Origin: a virus
Taxonomy: Duplodnaviria; Caudoviricetes
DNA length: 64,000 nt
Strand: one strand, 5' to 3'
IMG/VR virus record: IMGVR_UViG_3300025389_001063
Shown: in pieces, positions 35,898 through 45,237 of the stretch
Numbering within the stretch: the first letter of the stretch is position 1
Layout: the number at the start of each line of letters is the position of its first letter
Translations under genes and position numbers: made by a program
Notes under the pieces: generated by a model
Database searches by the model: none
Seen by the model: the letters and a program-made list of their open reading frames with translations, nothing else
What the model was told of the DNA's origin: nothing

Positions 35898-36734
35898 ATG
35901 GAAAAAGCAAACCTCGAACTACTAAGAGAAGCCTACGAAAAAAGTGAATTCAATAATATTATTCATAATGTTTCTGGTGTTTATATACCCTTAGACTTTA
36001 GTTGGAAGAATATAGGTATAGCTATGTCTGGTGGAATTGATAGCACTATGCTTTGCTATATACTTGCTGATTTAATTACTAAAAATAATTTAGATATAAC
36101 CATACATGTTACATCTCATGTGAGAGTTTGGAAATTTAGACCGTGGCAAAAAGATGTAAGTGAAAACGTATATAATTGGATGGTTAACCATTTTCCAAAT
36201 GTTAAATTTAAAAGATATGCTGGATTTATTCCACCAGATTTAGAATGGAAAAATAATGCTCCAACACTTGTTTTAAATGAGTACGGAGAAGAAGAATACG
36301 GTGATGTACTTGTTATGAGATCATTTGCTGAATTTGTTGGTTGGCATCAAAATTTTGACGCTTATTTTAATGCAACTACAATGAATCCAGATGATCCTAA
36401 TATTACATTGGCATTAGATGTTAGAAATCTTACCTCTCAAGATATAATCGATCATTTTGATTATACTATAAAATATTATCGACTAGGAGATAATGTAATT
36501 ACTTGTCATCCTTTTCGCTTTATTCAAAAAGATTGGATTGTTGGAAGATATAAAGAATTTGATATATGGAATCTTTTTGAAATGACACGAAGTTGTGAAG
36601 GTGATCGTAACGAATATCCAGAAACATTTGGAAATTTAGATTATAGAACATATAAGGTAGGAATGGAAGTTCCTACATGTGGTAAATGTTTTTGGTGTCA
36701 AGAAAGAGAATGGGGTATTAAGAATGCTTTTTAA
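35898..36734 (+). CDS. QueC-like PP-loop ATP pyrophosphatase
   Basis: SGGIDS PP-loop and C-terminal TRSC...CGKCFWC Zn motif. Exact TATAAATA at 35874-35881 and a GGAG RBS support ATG 35898. Confidence 0.7.
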   Translation: MEKANLELLREAYEKSEFNNIIHNVSGVYIPLDFSWKNIGIAMSGGIDSTMLCYILADLITKNNLDITIHVTSHVRVWKFRPWQKDVSENVYNWMVNHFPNVKFKRYAGFIPPDLEWKNNAPTLVLNEYGEEEYGDVLVMRSFAEFVGWHQNFDAYFNATTMNPDDPNITLALDVRNLTSQDIIDHFDYTIKYYRLGDNVITCHPFRFIQKDWIVGRYKEFDIWNLFEMTRSCEGDRNEYPETFGNLDYRTYKVGMEVPTCGKCFWCQEREWGIKNAF

Positions 36735-37813
36735 GCATTCTTAGTTCTTTCAATTGTTTCATCATCAAAATGATGTAATGATTTACTAAATCTACCGCAA
36801 TTTCTCACACAAGTTATTAACTTTTTATTATTTTCAAATATATATTCTTTAAAAAATTGATTCCATTCTTCAGAATTCATAATTTCTTTAATTGATGATT
36901 TTGTAGCGTCAAGTGTTTTAAATGTATTAAAAAAATCTTGATTTTCTTTACATGAAATTTTACGAAAGGGATCAAGCATATCATTATAAACAGGACTAGT
37001 AAAAGAAGTTTGACCAAGAAATCCACAAGGATAAACTTTTTTAACTGCATCGATATAAATGAATTGCCATTCAGTAGCTATACATTTAATTGTTGCTTCT
37101 TCAAGATAATCATGATAATTTTCTATTATTTCTTTAGTTATGCAGTCAGCAGTAGTATCAGTTGGTGGTTCTAAATAATAAAGATTATTACCATTCTTAT
37201 CAACAACTTTATATGGTTCATTATCTACATATCTAGAAGTATCTTTAACAGAAAAACTTTCAAAACCTAATTGTTTTGATAATTCTCTGCATTCATCGAC
37301 TTGATGTTGATTGTGTTTAAATCTTATAAACTCCCAACTAGTATTTCCTCCAACATCGATAAATGCTTTAGCATTACTGATAATTTTGTTCCAATCTGTT
37401 CCAATCCTGTATATTTTATGTGTATCTTCTAATCCGTCTATTCCAAAAAGAACTTGATGATTTGTTGGCATATAATTTATAAGATTTTTCCACCATTGTT
37501 CTTTAAAAATGCTACCATTAGTAAAAACTTGTACAGATATATTAGGATTTGATTCTTTAATATATTCAAGCATATATGGTAAATCTTTATTAATAACTGG
37601 ATCACCATAATGACCACAGAACATAATATGTTTAATCTGATTAATAACTTCAGTATTGAGAATTATTTTAAAATCTTCTAAAGACCAATCAGATAAAACA
37701 AAATTTGAATTTTTTAATCCTCCATATACATTTCGAACACACATAGGACACGATGCTTGACATCTACTAGTTATTTCAAGATGTAATGCCTTTAACTTAT
37801 CAAAAGTAAACAT
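36731..37813 (-). CDS. radical SAM enzyme with SPASM/twitch-like C-terminus
   Basis: CQASCPMC (CxxxCxxC), GHYGDP, FTNGS, and C-terminal C...VYPC...C..NC. Confidence 0.85.
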   Translation of the reverse strand: MFTFDKLKALHLEITSRCQASCPMCVRNVYGGLKNSNFVLSDWSLEDFKIILNTEVINQIKHIMFCGHYGDPVINKDLPYMLEYIKESNPNISVQVFTNGSIFKEQWWKNLINYMPTNHQVLFGIDGLEDTHKIYRIGTDWNKIISNAKAFIDVGGNTSWEFIRFKHNQHQVDECRELSKQLGFESFSVKDTSRYVDNEPYKVVDKNGNNLYYLEPPTDTTADCITKEIIENYHDYLEEATIKCIATEWQFIYIDAVKKVYPCGFLGQTSFTSPVYNDMLDPFRKISCKENQDFFNTFKTLDATKSSIKEIMNSEEWNQFFKEYIFENNKKLITCVRNCGRFSKSLHHFDDETIERTKNA

Positions 37814-38332
37814 TTAAATCTTCCAACGATCCCACCAGCCATGAATTCCTTTTCTTCCTTCAATTGATGTTATTAATTCTGATTTACCGCCATTAAGACT
37901 TAGAACAAAATTTACAACATCGTCTGGGCGTAATGGCTTATTATCAGGTATTGGCATTCCTGCTTTGTGAAATACATGAGCAACATAATGTGAACAAATT
38001 TCACTATCATATATATGAGGGTTCATATTGAACCCAACACGTAATGCATCAACAAAATGATACATTCTTCCTAATTTACGAACAGCACATCCTTCAACTT
38101 CATCTGTCCATTTAATTCCTGTAGGAATAACTACCACAGGTAAGTCTTCTTGGAGTAATCTTACACGAACACCACTATTCCATATTGCTTCTAGAACATA
38201 ATATCTTCTATGGAATTTCCATAAAATTCCAACATGACTAAATTCGCTTCTTGTAAATTTAGTTATTATATGTCCAACTAAACTAGTAGGTCGCCAGGCT
38301 AACAACGAACCGCTTGGATATTGTGAGATCAT
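37814..38332 (-). CDS. permuted papain-like amidase (YiiX/YaeF type)
   Basis: His before Cys: FSHVGI, YVLEA, ICSHYVA. Confidence 0.75.
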   Translation of the reverse strand: MISQYPSGSLLAWRPTSLVGHIITKFTRSEFSHVGILWKFHRRYYVLEAIWNSGVRVRLLQEDLPVVVIPTGIKWTDEVEGCAVRKLGRMYHFVDALRVGFNMNPHIYDSEICSHYVAHVFHKAGMPIPDNKPLRPDDVVNFVLSLNGGKSELITSIEGRKGIHGWWDRWKI

Positions 38333-38922
38333 TATTTTTTTCCTATTAACATATACCTTGTATATTTTGGTAATTCCTTTTCACCTGCCCAAAGAACGTT
38401 AATGTGACTCTGATCTCTAAAATCCTCTAAGGAGTTTGCAATCCGTACGTGTTCCGGAATGACATAATTGTTACTCTGTAATACTAATATACTATCTTTA
38501 GGCATATTATTCAACCACGTTTCGTAGTCTGCCTGTGTAATGTGTTCACAAGAGGTATTAATTATAACCTCTGCATTAGTATTTACGTCAATCATGTTAG
38601 AAGTTACTGCTGTAAATCTACCCTCTATTTCTTCTAACTTATTCATAGTGTATGCTGTGACTTCACACTCTGGATCTAAATCAAGAGATGTTATTCTGCT
38701 AATAGGAATTCCCGACTGGAATAATAAACTTGCTAATACACCAACCCAGCCGCCGTGAATATCTATTCTAACAGATTTTTTAATAAACGGTCTTAAATTT
38801 TCAATTAACCAAAGTTTTGAGTTAATTTGACCTTTCCAAAATGCTTCTAATGTTCTATTTTGATCTTTACTATTACGTATAGCATCCATCCAAAAAAGAA
38901 TATGATCAACGTTCAAATTCAT
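38332..38922 (-). CDS. class I SAM-dependent methyltransferase
   Basis: IDIHGGWVG glycine loop, SLDLD, VIINTSCEH. Confidence 0.75.
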   Translation of the reverse strand: MNLNVDHILFWMDAIRNSKDQNRTLEAFWKGQINSKLWLIENLRPFIKKSVRIDIHGGWVGVLASLLFQSGIPISRITSLDLDPECEVTAYTMNKLEEIEGRFTAVTSNMIDVNTNAEVIINTSCEHITQADYETWLNNMPKDSILVLQSNNYVIPEHVRIANSLEDFRDQSHINVLWAGEKELPKYTRYMLIGKK

Positions 38923-40519
38923 CTTTTAACCATTTCCAATCATTAATATTTTTTAACATCTGCTCATCGTTAGCATATTTAGATCCAAACTCTTTTCCTG
39001 CTATTGCTCCGTTAATAGCAAACTCGCCAAATGGCTTATCTATTCCAATATTACACCAAATTTCAAGTCTTCTTTGAGATTCTTCGTCAACTTGACCTTG
39101 TATAATTTTACTAGAAAGTTTTACACATTCTCTAAATGCTGACTTCCATGTATTAAATGGATCTGTATTAAATATTGTAACATTACTAACCTTATTAACT
39201 GATATGAATTTTTTACTAATAGAAGTTGTCATATCGACTGTATTAATATTCATTTCTATTACTGCTTGTGTAGGTAATAATTTTACACCACCATATCCAT
39301 ATATAAGATTGTTTACAGAATTTCTACTTTTAAAAACATATACTGCATCTCTATCCCAAATTGGAACTTCCATATAAAAATTAAAATCATCTTCTATAAT
39401 GGCATCACCGTCAACTGCCCAAAACATACTAGTTTGGCACATTTTTGCTGCCTCAACGTGAGCATTATGAATTCCTTTAATCCCCTGAACTCTCTTTGCT
39501 CTAGGAAATTTTTCTTTTAATTTTTTATAATTTTCATCTGCATTTGGTTCGTTGTAACTTATAAAAACAATATCAAAACACAAATAACTACATTCTATGT
39601 CAATTTCTTTTTTATTAATAAAAAAACTGTATTCTGCTTCTTTTTGTGTAATATTATATTTTTTAGGTATTAGATATAATCCACCGTAATCTCCAGTTTT
39701 ATTTTTAAAAACATGTACATATTCTTTATCATACTCAGGAACTATATAATCTAATTCAAAAGTAGGAATATAATCTTTGTCGATAGCATAAAACATTGTA
39801 GTTTTACAATATTTTTGTGCTTCAAAATAATCATCTGGGGTTGTTATCACAAATCTATCATAATTCAATTTACTTGCTACGATATCAATTTCTTTTTTAT
39901 TAACAAAGAAATTATATTGTGCTTCTTTTTGTGTAATATTATATCTTTTTGGAATCAGATACACACCCTTATATTCATTATGATCTTCCTTAAAGATATG
40001 AACATACTTTTGATCCCAATCTGGAACTATATAATCATTCTCAAATGTAGATTCATAATCTTTGTCGATAGCATAAAACATTTTAGTCTTACATTTTTTT
40101 TGTGCTTCAAAATAATCATCTGGGGTTGTTATCACAAATCTATTGTATGGAAGATAATATCCTGCTACAATATCGATTTCTTTTTTATTGACAAAGAAAT
40201 TATATTCTGCTTCCCTTTTTGTAATATTATATTTTTTAGGTATTAAATAAACACCTGTATATTCTTCTGTTCTATCTTTGAATATATGGACGTATTTTTC
40301 ATCCCATTCTGGAATTATATAATCAAACTTAAAATTATTTTCTATTTCAAATCCTTCACTTATTATCCAAAAAAACTTAGACATAGATTTTTTTTGTGCT
40401 ACAAAAAATGCTTCCCAAGATTTATCTTCATAATTAGCAAGTTTTAATAAAGGAAATTTTTCCTGTAATTTTAAAAATCCATAATCTTTTTCTTTAGATA
40501 TATAAAAAATATCATACAT
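38906..40519 (-). CDS. GT-A fold glycosyltransferase-like protein with three N-terminal repeats
   Basis: C-terminal DIVFISYNEP...WAVDGDAII (DxD) preceded by about 95-aa repeats. Confidence 0.65.
   Translation of the reverse strand: MYDIFYISKEKDYGFLKLQEKFPLLKLANYEDKSWEAFFVAQKKSMSKFFWIISEGFEIENNFKFDYIIPEWDEKYVHIFKDRTEEYTGVYLIPKKYNITKREAEYNFFVNKKEIDIVAGYYLPYNRFVITTPDDYFEAQKKCKTKMFYAIDKDYESTFENDYIVPDWDQKYVHIFKEDHNEYKGVYLIPKRYNITQKEAQYNFFVNKKEIDIVASKLNYDRFVITTPDDYFEAQKYCKTTMFYAIDKDYIPTFELDYIVPEYDKEYVHVFKNKTGDYGGLYLIPKKYNITQKEAEYSFFINKKEIDIECSYLCFDIVFISYNEPNADENYKKLKEKFPRAKRVQGIKGIHNAHVEAAKMCQTSMFWAVDGDAIIEDDFNFYMEVPIWDRDAVYVFKSRNSVNNLIYGYGGVKLLPTQAVIEMNINTVDMTTSISKKFISVNKVSNVTIFNTDPFNTWKSAFRECVKLSSKIIQGQVDEESQRRLEIWCNIGIDKPFGEFAINGAIAGKEFGSKYANDEQMLKNINDWKWLKDEFER
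39640..40340 (-). repeat. 285-bp tandem duplication within the GT gene
   Basis: TGTGCTTCAAAATAATCATCTGGGGTTGTTATCACAAATCTAT at 39816 and 40101; YLIPK.YNIT..EA.Y.FF.NKKEIDI occurs three times. Boundaries approximate. Confidence 0.9.
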
Positions 40520-40521
40520 TA

Positions 40522-41418
40522 CTAGCGTTTTCTTCCAATAATTCTAGGTGTATTTTGATACACTCTCTTAAAAAACTTTGAAGCATTAGAATCCATTTCT
40601 GCAATTTCGAGTTGTAACTCAATTCTTAGACTTTCTCCAATATTAAGAATTTGTTCGTCTATATTATCATTGTTGATTTTAGGTTCTATTTCTTCTTTCC
40701 AGTAATTTGTAAGATATTTAAAATCTCTTACATTGATATAATCCCATTTTGTACAATTAGTTTTATAACAACCTAAACGAGATCCATAGATTGCCCATTT
40801 ACCATTTTTAACATCAGCACCAACACTCATCCATATTAATAATCTTTGATAATTTTGCCACCAAACACTTTGTATATCATTTGTTCTTTGAGCTCTATTA
40901 AGACTCATTTTTACACCTTCTCTAAACCCTGCTCTCCAGGCTTGAAAAGGTGAACCGTTTATATAACTTGTTGAGTAATGTTGATTAAATTGATAATAAC
41001 GCGGATCAAAACAAAATTCTAAAACACTTTCTTGATCATTAGGATCTGAATTTTCATGAGTTTTCATATTAAGAACAAAATCTTTTGTCCAGCATTTTAA
41101 TCCACCGTTACCATATATAAGACCATTAACTGCATTTTTTCCTGCCCACGAAAACACATAATCTTTATTCTTATCATCTATCTCTATTTCTTGAGTATAA
41201 AATTCAGGATCTACAATATTATCACCATCAACAGTAATAAATCTATCTGTTTCGCTTAAATTGGCGGCGGCTTTGTGAGCAGCATCGCTTCCATCTACAC
41301 CATGTACTCTTTTAGCCCAAGGCAATATGTTAAGCAATTCTGAATAATGCTTATCTGCATTAGGTTCATCATAACTTATAAAAATTGTATCGATTTCATG
41401 AAGAACTAATTTTGTCAT
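40522..41418 (-). CDS. GT-A fold glycosyltransferase-like protein (paralogue of the adjacent gene)
   Basis: IFISYDEPNAD, ITVDGDNIV, NGLIYGNGGLK, FQAWRAGFREGVK. Confidence 0.65.
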   Translation of the reverse strand: MTKLVLHEIDTIFISYDEPNADKHYSELLNILPWAKRVHGVDGSDAAHKAAANLSETDRFITVDGDNIVDPEFYTQEIEIDDKNKDYVFSWAGKNAVNGLIYGNGGLKCWTKDFVLNMKTHENSDPNDQESVLEFCFDPRYYQFNQHYSTSYINGSPFQAWRAGFREGVKMSLNRAQRTNDIQSVWWQNYQRLLIWMSVGADVKNGKWAIYGSRLGCYKTNCTKWDYINVRDFKYLTNYWKEEIEPKINNDNIDEQILNIGESLRIELQLEIAEMDSNASKFFKRVYQNTPRIIGRKR

Positions 41419-42079
41419 CTCTTATATCCACATGTAAATAATTTTGAAAATATCTTATTGAAAAAATTGTTACGTCTTCACCATTAAATCTATCTATAGT
41501 TTTGTCATTATTAGCTCGATCTTTAAAATTTATAATATAATAGTCAGTATCGTTTGTTAAATCGTCTAAAGTAAGATTTAAAGTTTTATATAAAATATTA
41601 GGATCGTATGGTGCTGTAACATATAAAGATATTTTATAGAATCCCATACTCTGATTCTTATATTTTAATTTGTTTTCATCTGACAATTTAATTCTAAATT
41701 CTCCTTTTATATTATCTTGTTCAATCAATAAATCAAAGGATTCTTCAATTTTTTTGTCTTCTTTACTTTTAATTTTGGGCAATTCGTAGATAAAATCATC
41801 GATTCTAGTTAAAGATAAATCCTCAGGAACACAAGATTCTATTTTAGATTTACCATCTTCAACTACAACTCGATAATTTGCTATATTAAATTTTTGTAAA
41901 GGCTCAGTTAAATCTTTTTCTTCAAGAATAACAAAAGGAAAAGGATCGGTAGAATCTAAATAATTCCTAAAATTAATTATTTTACCAGAAGAAACCTCGT
42001 AATGAACATAAAAGGATGGTCTTTTATTAAGTGCTTCTTCTTGCTTTCTTAAATATTCAAAAATTTCTTCTTCTGTCAT
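41396..42079 (-). CDS. hypothetical protein
   Basis: About 227 aa; ATGA overlap supports start at 42079. Confidence 0.6.
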   Translation of the reverse strand: MTEEEIFEYLRKQEEALNKRPSFYVHYEVSSGKIINFRNYLDSTDPFPFVILEEKDLTEPLQKFNIANYRVVVEDGKSKIESCVPEDLSLTRIDDFIYELPKIKSKEDKKIEESFDLLIEQDNIKGEFRIKLSDENKLKYKNQSMGFYKISLYVTAPYDPNILYKTLNLTLDDLTNDTDYYIINFKDRANNDKTIDRFNGEDVTIFSIRYFQNYLHVDIRDDKISSS

Positions 42080-42936
42080 TTTGAATCCCAAATATTTAAT
42101 ATTTTTTCATATTTTAAAATTCTATCATCATTTAAAAAATTCTTTTCTGTATAATGAAAGATACCTGTTTGCTGATAGTTTCCAATTTTTAATCGGCAAT
42201 CATCATTAAAATAAGATCCAACATCATTTGTCCACTTTTCAGTACAAATACTCCATTTTTGATCATGACTTTTCATATGAGTAAATGTAGGATAATCTAA
42301 ACTAGAAAATACTTCATTCTCTATGCCTAAAATCTTTACTGCTAATGCAAAAGCCACATCAATACTAAGACGAACAGGTTTTGCTTCTTTTAAAAATCTA
42401 TTATAACAGTTTTTCCAATCTTTAACAATTAATTCAACCAATTCCCAAAACTGTTTTGACAATTCTGTTTTTTTAAAATAAGTGAATGCGCTATAGCAAT
42501 TAGGAAGATCGTTTTTAAAAAATGTTTCTCTATAATAAGAATTTGTTATTAATTCATTTCTATATGTAAAAACTTTATCTGTAATGAGTAAATCAAAATT
42601 TTTACCCATATAACTCCACCACTGACTAACATCCGACAAAAATAGCATATCAGAATCTAATATTACTGTTTCTTCGTATGGAGATATATGATATAATTTC
42701 CATCGATTTTCTATTTTCCATTCAGAATTAAAAGCATCATCGTACCATTTGATAGGTAAAACTTGATCAAAAACATTATAATAATGTTTAGGAACAGCAT
42801 CGGGGATATCAGTAACTAAAGTTATTTTATTAATTTTAGATTGTGTTAATTTAATAGACATAGCCAATGCATATGCCATTTTAACATAATCATCAACTCC
42901 GTTATTTTGTGCAAGAACTAAGTATCCTTTATCCAT
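42076..42936 (-). CDS. GT-A fold glycosyltransferase (DxD)
   Basis: GYLVLAQN, SPYEETVILDSDMLF, IDVAFA. Confidence 0.7.
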   Translation of the reverse strand: MDKGYLVLAQNNGVDDYVKMAYALAMSIKLTQSKINKITLVTDIPDAVPKHYYNVFDQVLPIKWYDDAFNSEWKIENRWKLYHISPYEETVILDSDMLFLSDVSQWWSYMGKNFDLLITDKVFTYRNELITNSYYRETFFKNDLPNCYSAFTYFKKTELSKQFWELVELIVKDWKNCYNRFLKEAKPVRLSIDVAFALAVKILGIENEVFSSLDYPTFTHMKSHDQKWSICTEKWTNDVGSYFNDDCRLKIGNYQQTGIFHYTEKNFLNDDRILKYEKILNIWDSK

Positions 42937-43810
42937 TAATTACCTCTAGCAATTTTTCTTCATGTCTACCAATACTAAATTTATTCATTATATGAACATT
43001 TTGATTATTCGTTTTTGCTAATGTATATTCACCAAGATGCTGTTTCTTTTGAACTAAAAAAATAAAAGATTTATCGTTATCAACTCTTATTAATTCATCT
43101 CTATCTAATGTATAATAAATTTCACATGGCAACGATGATGGATTTATCTTATTATTAAATCCTCCCATTATATGGATTGCTATACTAAACACATAATCAT
43201 TACGGAGTAAAGGAGCAGTTATTCTATAAGCAAATCGATAATATTCATAATTTTCTACAATATGTTGACATAACCCAAAAAACGTTTTTGTCCACAAATT
43301 CTTTTTAAAGTAAAATGCCGTGGCCCAAAAGAAATCAATTCCTTGATCGCTGACTCTATCAAATTCAACAGCATTTCTATCATTTGCTAAATCATAAGAT
43401 ATTCTATTAATCATAAAATCTTCATCTGAATCCCAAACATTATTAAGACGATCATTGACTATTAATAAATCTACATCTATAACTAAGGTTTGATCATAAG
43501 GAGTTAATTCATATGCCCAAGCTCTGTGTGCATTTTTAAAATCTGCTTTTTTAAAGTCTAAAGATCCATCATAATATCTTCTATGTTGGTTAACATTAAT
43601 ATTCAATTCACTTGTTAAAATTATTTTATCAAATATTTTTTCTAAATCTAACTTATCTTCTTCTTTCATCCACCCTAATGTTCCTTCATTGGTTACTAAA
43701 CTAATTGGAACATTTAAATTCTTCTTAACAAAGTGAGCAGAAATATATGCCATTTTGCCATAATCTATTTGAGAATTATTATATGCAAAAAACAATACAC
43801 CTTTACTCAT
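42929..43810 (-). CDS. GT-A fold glycosyltransferase (DxD), paralogue of the adjacent gene
   Basis: GVLFFAYN, TPYDQTLVIDVDLLI, RNDYVFSIA. ATG at 43810. Confidence 0.7.
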   Translation of the reverse strand: MSKGVLFFAYNNSQIDYGKMAYISAHFVKKNLNVPISLVTNEGTLGWMKEEDKLDLEKIFDKIILTSELNINVNQHRRYYDGSLDFKKADFKNAHRAWAYELTPYDQTLVIDVDLLIVNDRLNNVWDSDEDFMINRISYDLANDRNAVEFDRVSDQGIDFFWATAFYFKKNLWTKTFFGLCQHIVENYEYYRFAYRITAPLLRNDYVFSIAIHIMGGFNNKINPSSLPCEIYYTLDRDELIRVDNDKSFIFLVQKKQHLGEYTLAKTNNQNVHIMNKFSIGRHEEKLLEVING

Positions 43811-44162
43811 TTTCAATATCCATAATTTTTGCTATCGATCTCTTAGATTTTATCTCTATGTATTGATGATAATAAGAGTTTGTAGCCTCAACATAGATAG
43901 AAAAAATATTGTCTAAAAATAATTTAACATCGCTTATCATAAAAGGATTTTCAAAATCATCTAATATAACAATATCTTCAGAATGTCCTAAAGTAACTAG
44001 AGTTGATAAAAAATTAATTAATTCTCTATTAACTGTAAATCTGTGTCCAGATTCGTGATATAAACAATTTTCTTTAAATTCTTGTTTTAATAAATCTCTT
44101 TGAGTTCCAAAAGTTACCATTAAATTGGCTACATCGAGTGCTTTTTTTAGACGATCGTCCAT
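43803..44162 (-). CDS. hypothetical protein, possible tail-assembly accessory
   Basis: 119 aa directly after the tail genes; GGAG RBS and ATAAGTA upstream. Confidence 0.55.
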   Translation of the reverse strand: MDDRLKKALDVANLMVTFGTQRDLLKQEFKENCLYHESGHRFTVNRELINFLSTLVTLGHSEDIVILDDFENPFMISDVKLFLDNIFSIYVEATNSYYHQYIEIKSKRSIAKIMDIENE

Positions 44163-44219
44163 AGATATTCTCCAACGTACTACTTATTATAGCATCAGTT
44201 AATATAAAAAAATATCGAA

Positions 44220-45182
44220 TTATGATCCAGATGTTAAACTTGTCGTTGTAGTAGGAGTTGGCGCTGTAACATTAACATTTGTTCCAGATGGCCTATACAT
44301 ACGAACTGTATTTGTAACTGTTCCTGTTACATATTCATCTATACCAAATGGAGGATGCAAAGTAGTCTTTTTGTCTTGAAGATATAATTTAAGATAAAGA
44401 TATCTTGCTCCACCATTAGTATTACTAGCCACATCACACGATACTGTAAATTTCATATCGTTAGTAGCATACATTGATGCTCCATTAATTTGTCCACCAG
44501 ATCTAATATAAATTTGTTGTTCGGTATTTGTTAATTGATAAAAACCAATAGAACTTACTTGAGTTCCAGATAATGAAAAGTTCTTATAACTAAAAGAAAA
44601 TGTTCCAACATTTATAACAGCATTCCAGTCGTTATTAATTAAAGTTGACGATGATGGAGAAAAAGAAGGAGTAATGTTTATAACACCTCCTGCATTAAAA
44701 AAATATCTAGCATTATCTGCTGATCCAAAATCTAAAGTAAAGAAATGATCAATTTCTACGTTCCATTGAGTCGTTCTACTTGATGTTAATAACGATTCAT
44801 CGGAATATTGTCCTGCTGCTATTTTATATATATTTGATGAATTAGTTACTACCGTCAATGCATTTTGCAATGCAGTAACATCTGTAGCAGAAACTTTGGT
44901 TGTAGTAGTTATTGTAGGTAAAGTAGGTATAGAAGTTAGAGTTCCTGATGTCCAACTAGGATTTTGAAGTAACCCTTGATGACCTGCTAATTTTAATAAA
45001 TCAGTTTTTATATTTGCCCAATGAACCTGTCTAATTTTGTTTATTGTAGCTACAGATGTTGGAGACATAGTTAATGTTTGTCCGTATCCAGAACTTCCTG
45101 ATCCTGTACCTAAAACAGTATTAAGGGGTGTGTAAAAAGCATTATAATCAGCCGCTTTTATTTTTGAACTTTTAGTTGCCAT
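44220..45182 (-). CDS. virion structural protein (tail/baseplate-associated)
   Basis: Thr/Ser-rich; DFGSADNARYFFNAGG motif shared with the neighbour. Confidence 0.6.
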   Translation of the reverse strand: MATKSSKIKAADYNAFYTPLNTVLGTGSGSSGYGQTLTMSPTSVATINKIRQVHWANIKTDLLKLAGHQGLLQNPSWTSGTLTSIPTLPTITTTTKVSATDVTALQNALTVVTNSSNIYKIAAGQYSDESLLTSSRTTQWNVEIDHFFTLDFGSADNARYFFNAGGVINITPSFSPSSSTLINNDWNAVINVGTFSFSYKNFSLSGTQVSSIGFYQLTNTEQQIYIRSGGQINGASMYATNDMKFTVSCDVASNTNGGARYLYLKLYLQDKKTTLHPPFGIDEYVTGTVTNTVRMYRPSGTNVNVTAPTPTTTTSLTSGS

Positions 45183-45237
45183 GATGATACCTATCTTTCT
45201 AATAATTTATCTCTAAGAAAGCAGGTGAGTAATTTTT

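Noticed and set aside
40519-40524. Possible TAG stop-codon reassignment (only one TAG stop noticed, followed at once by TAA)
   Set aside because: All genes, including the >3750-aa one, are intact under the standard code with no in-frame TAG, so this is simple TAG rarity.
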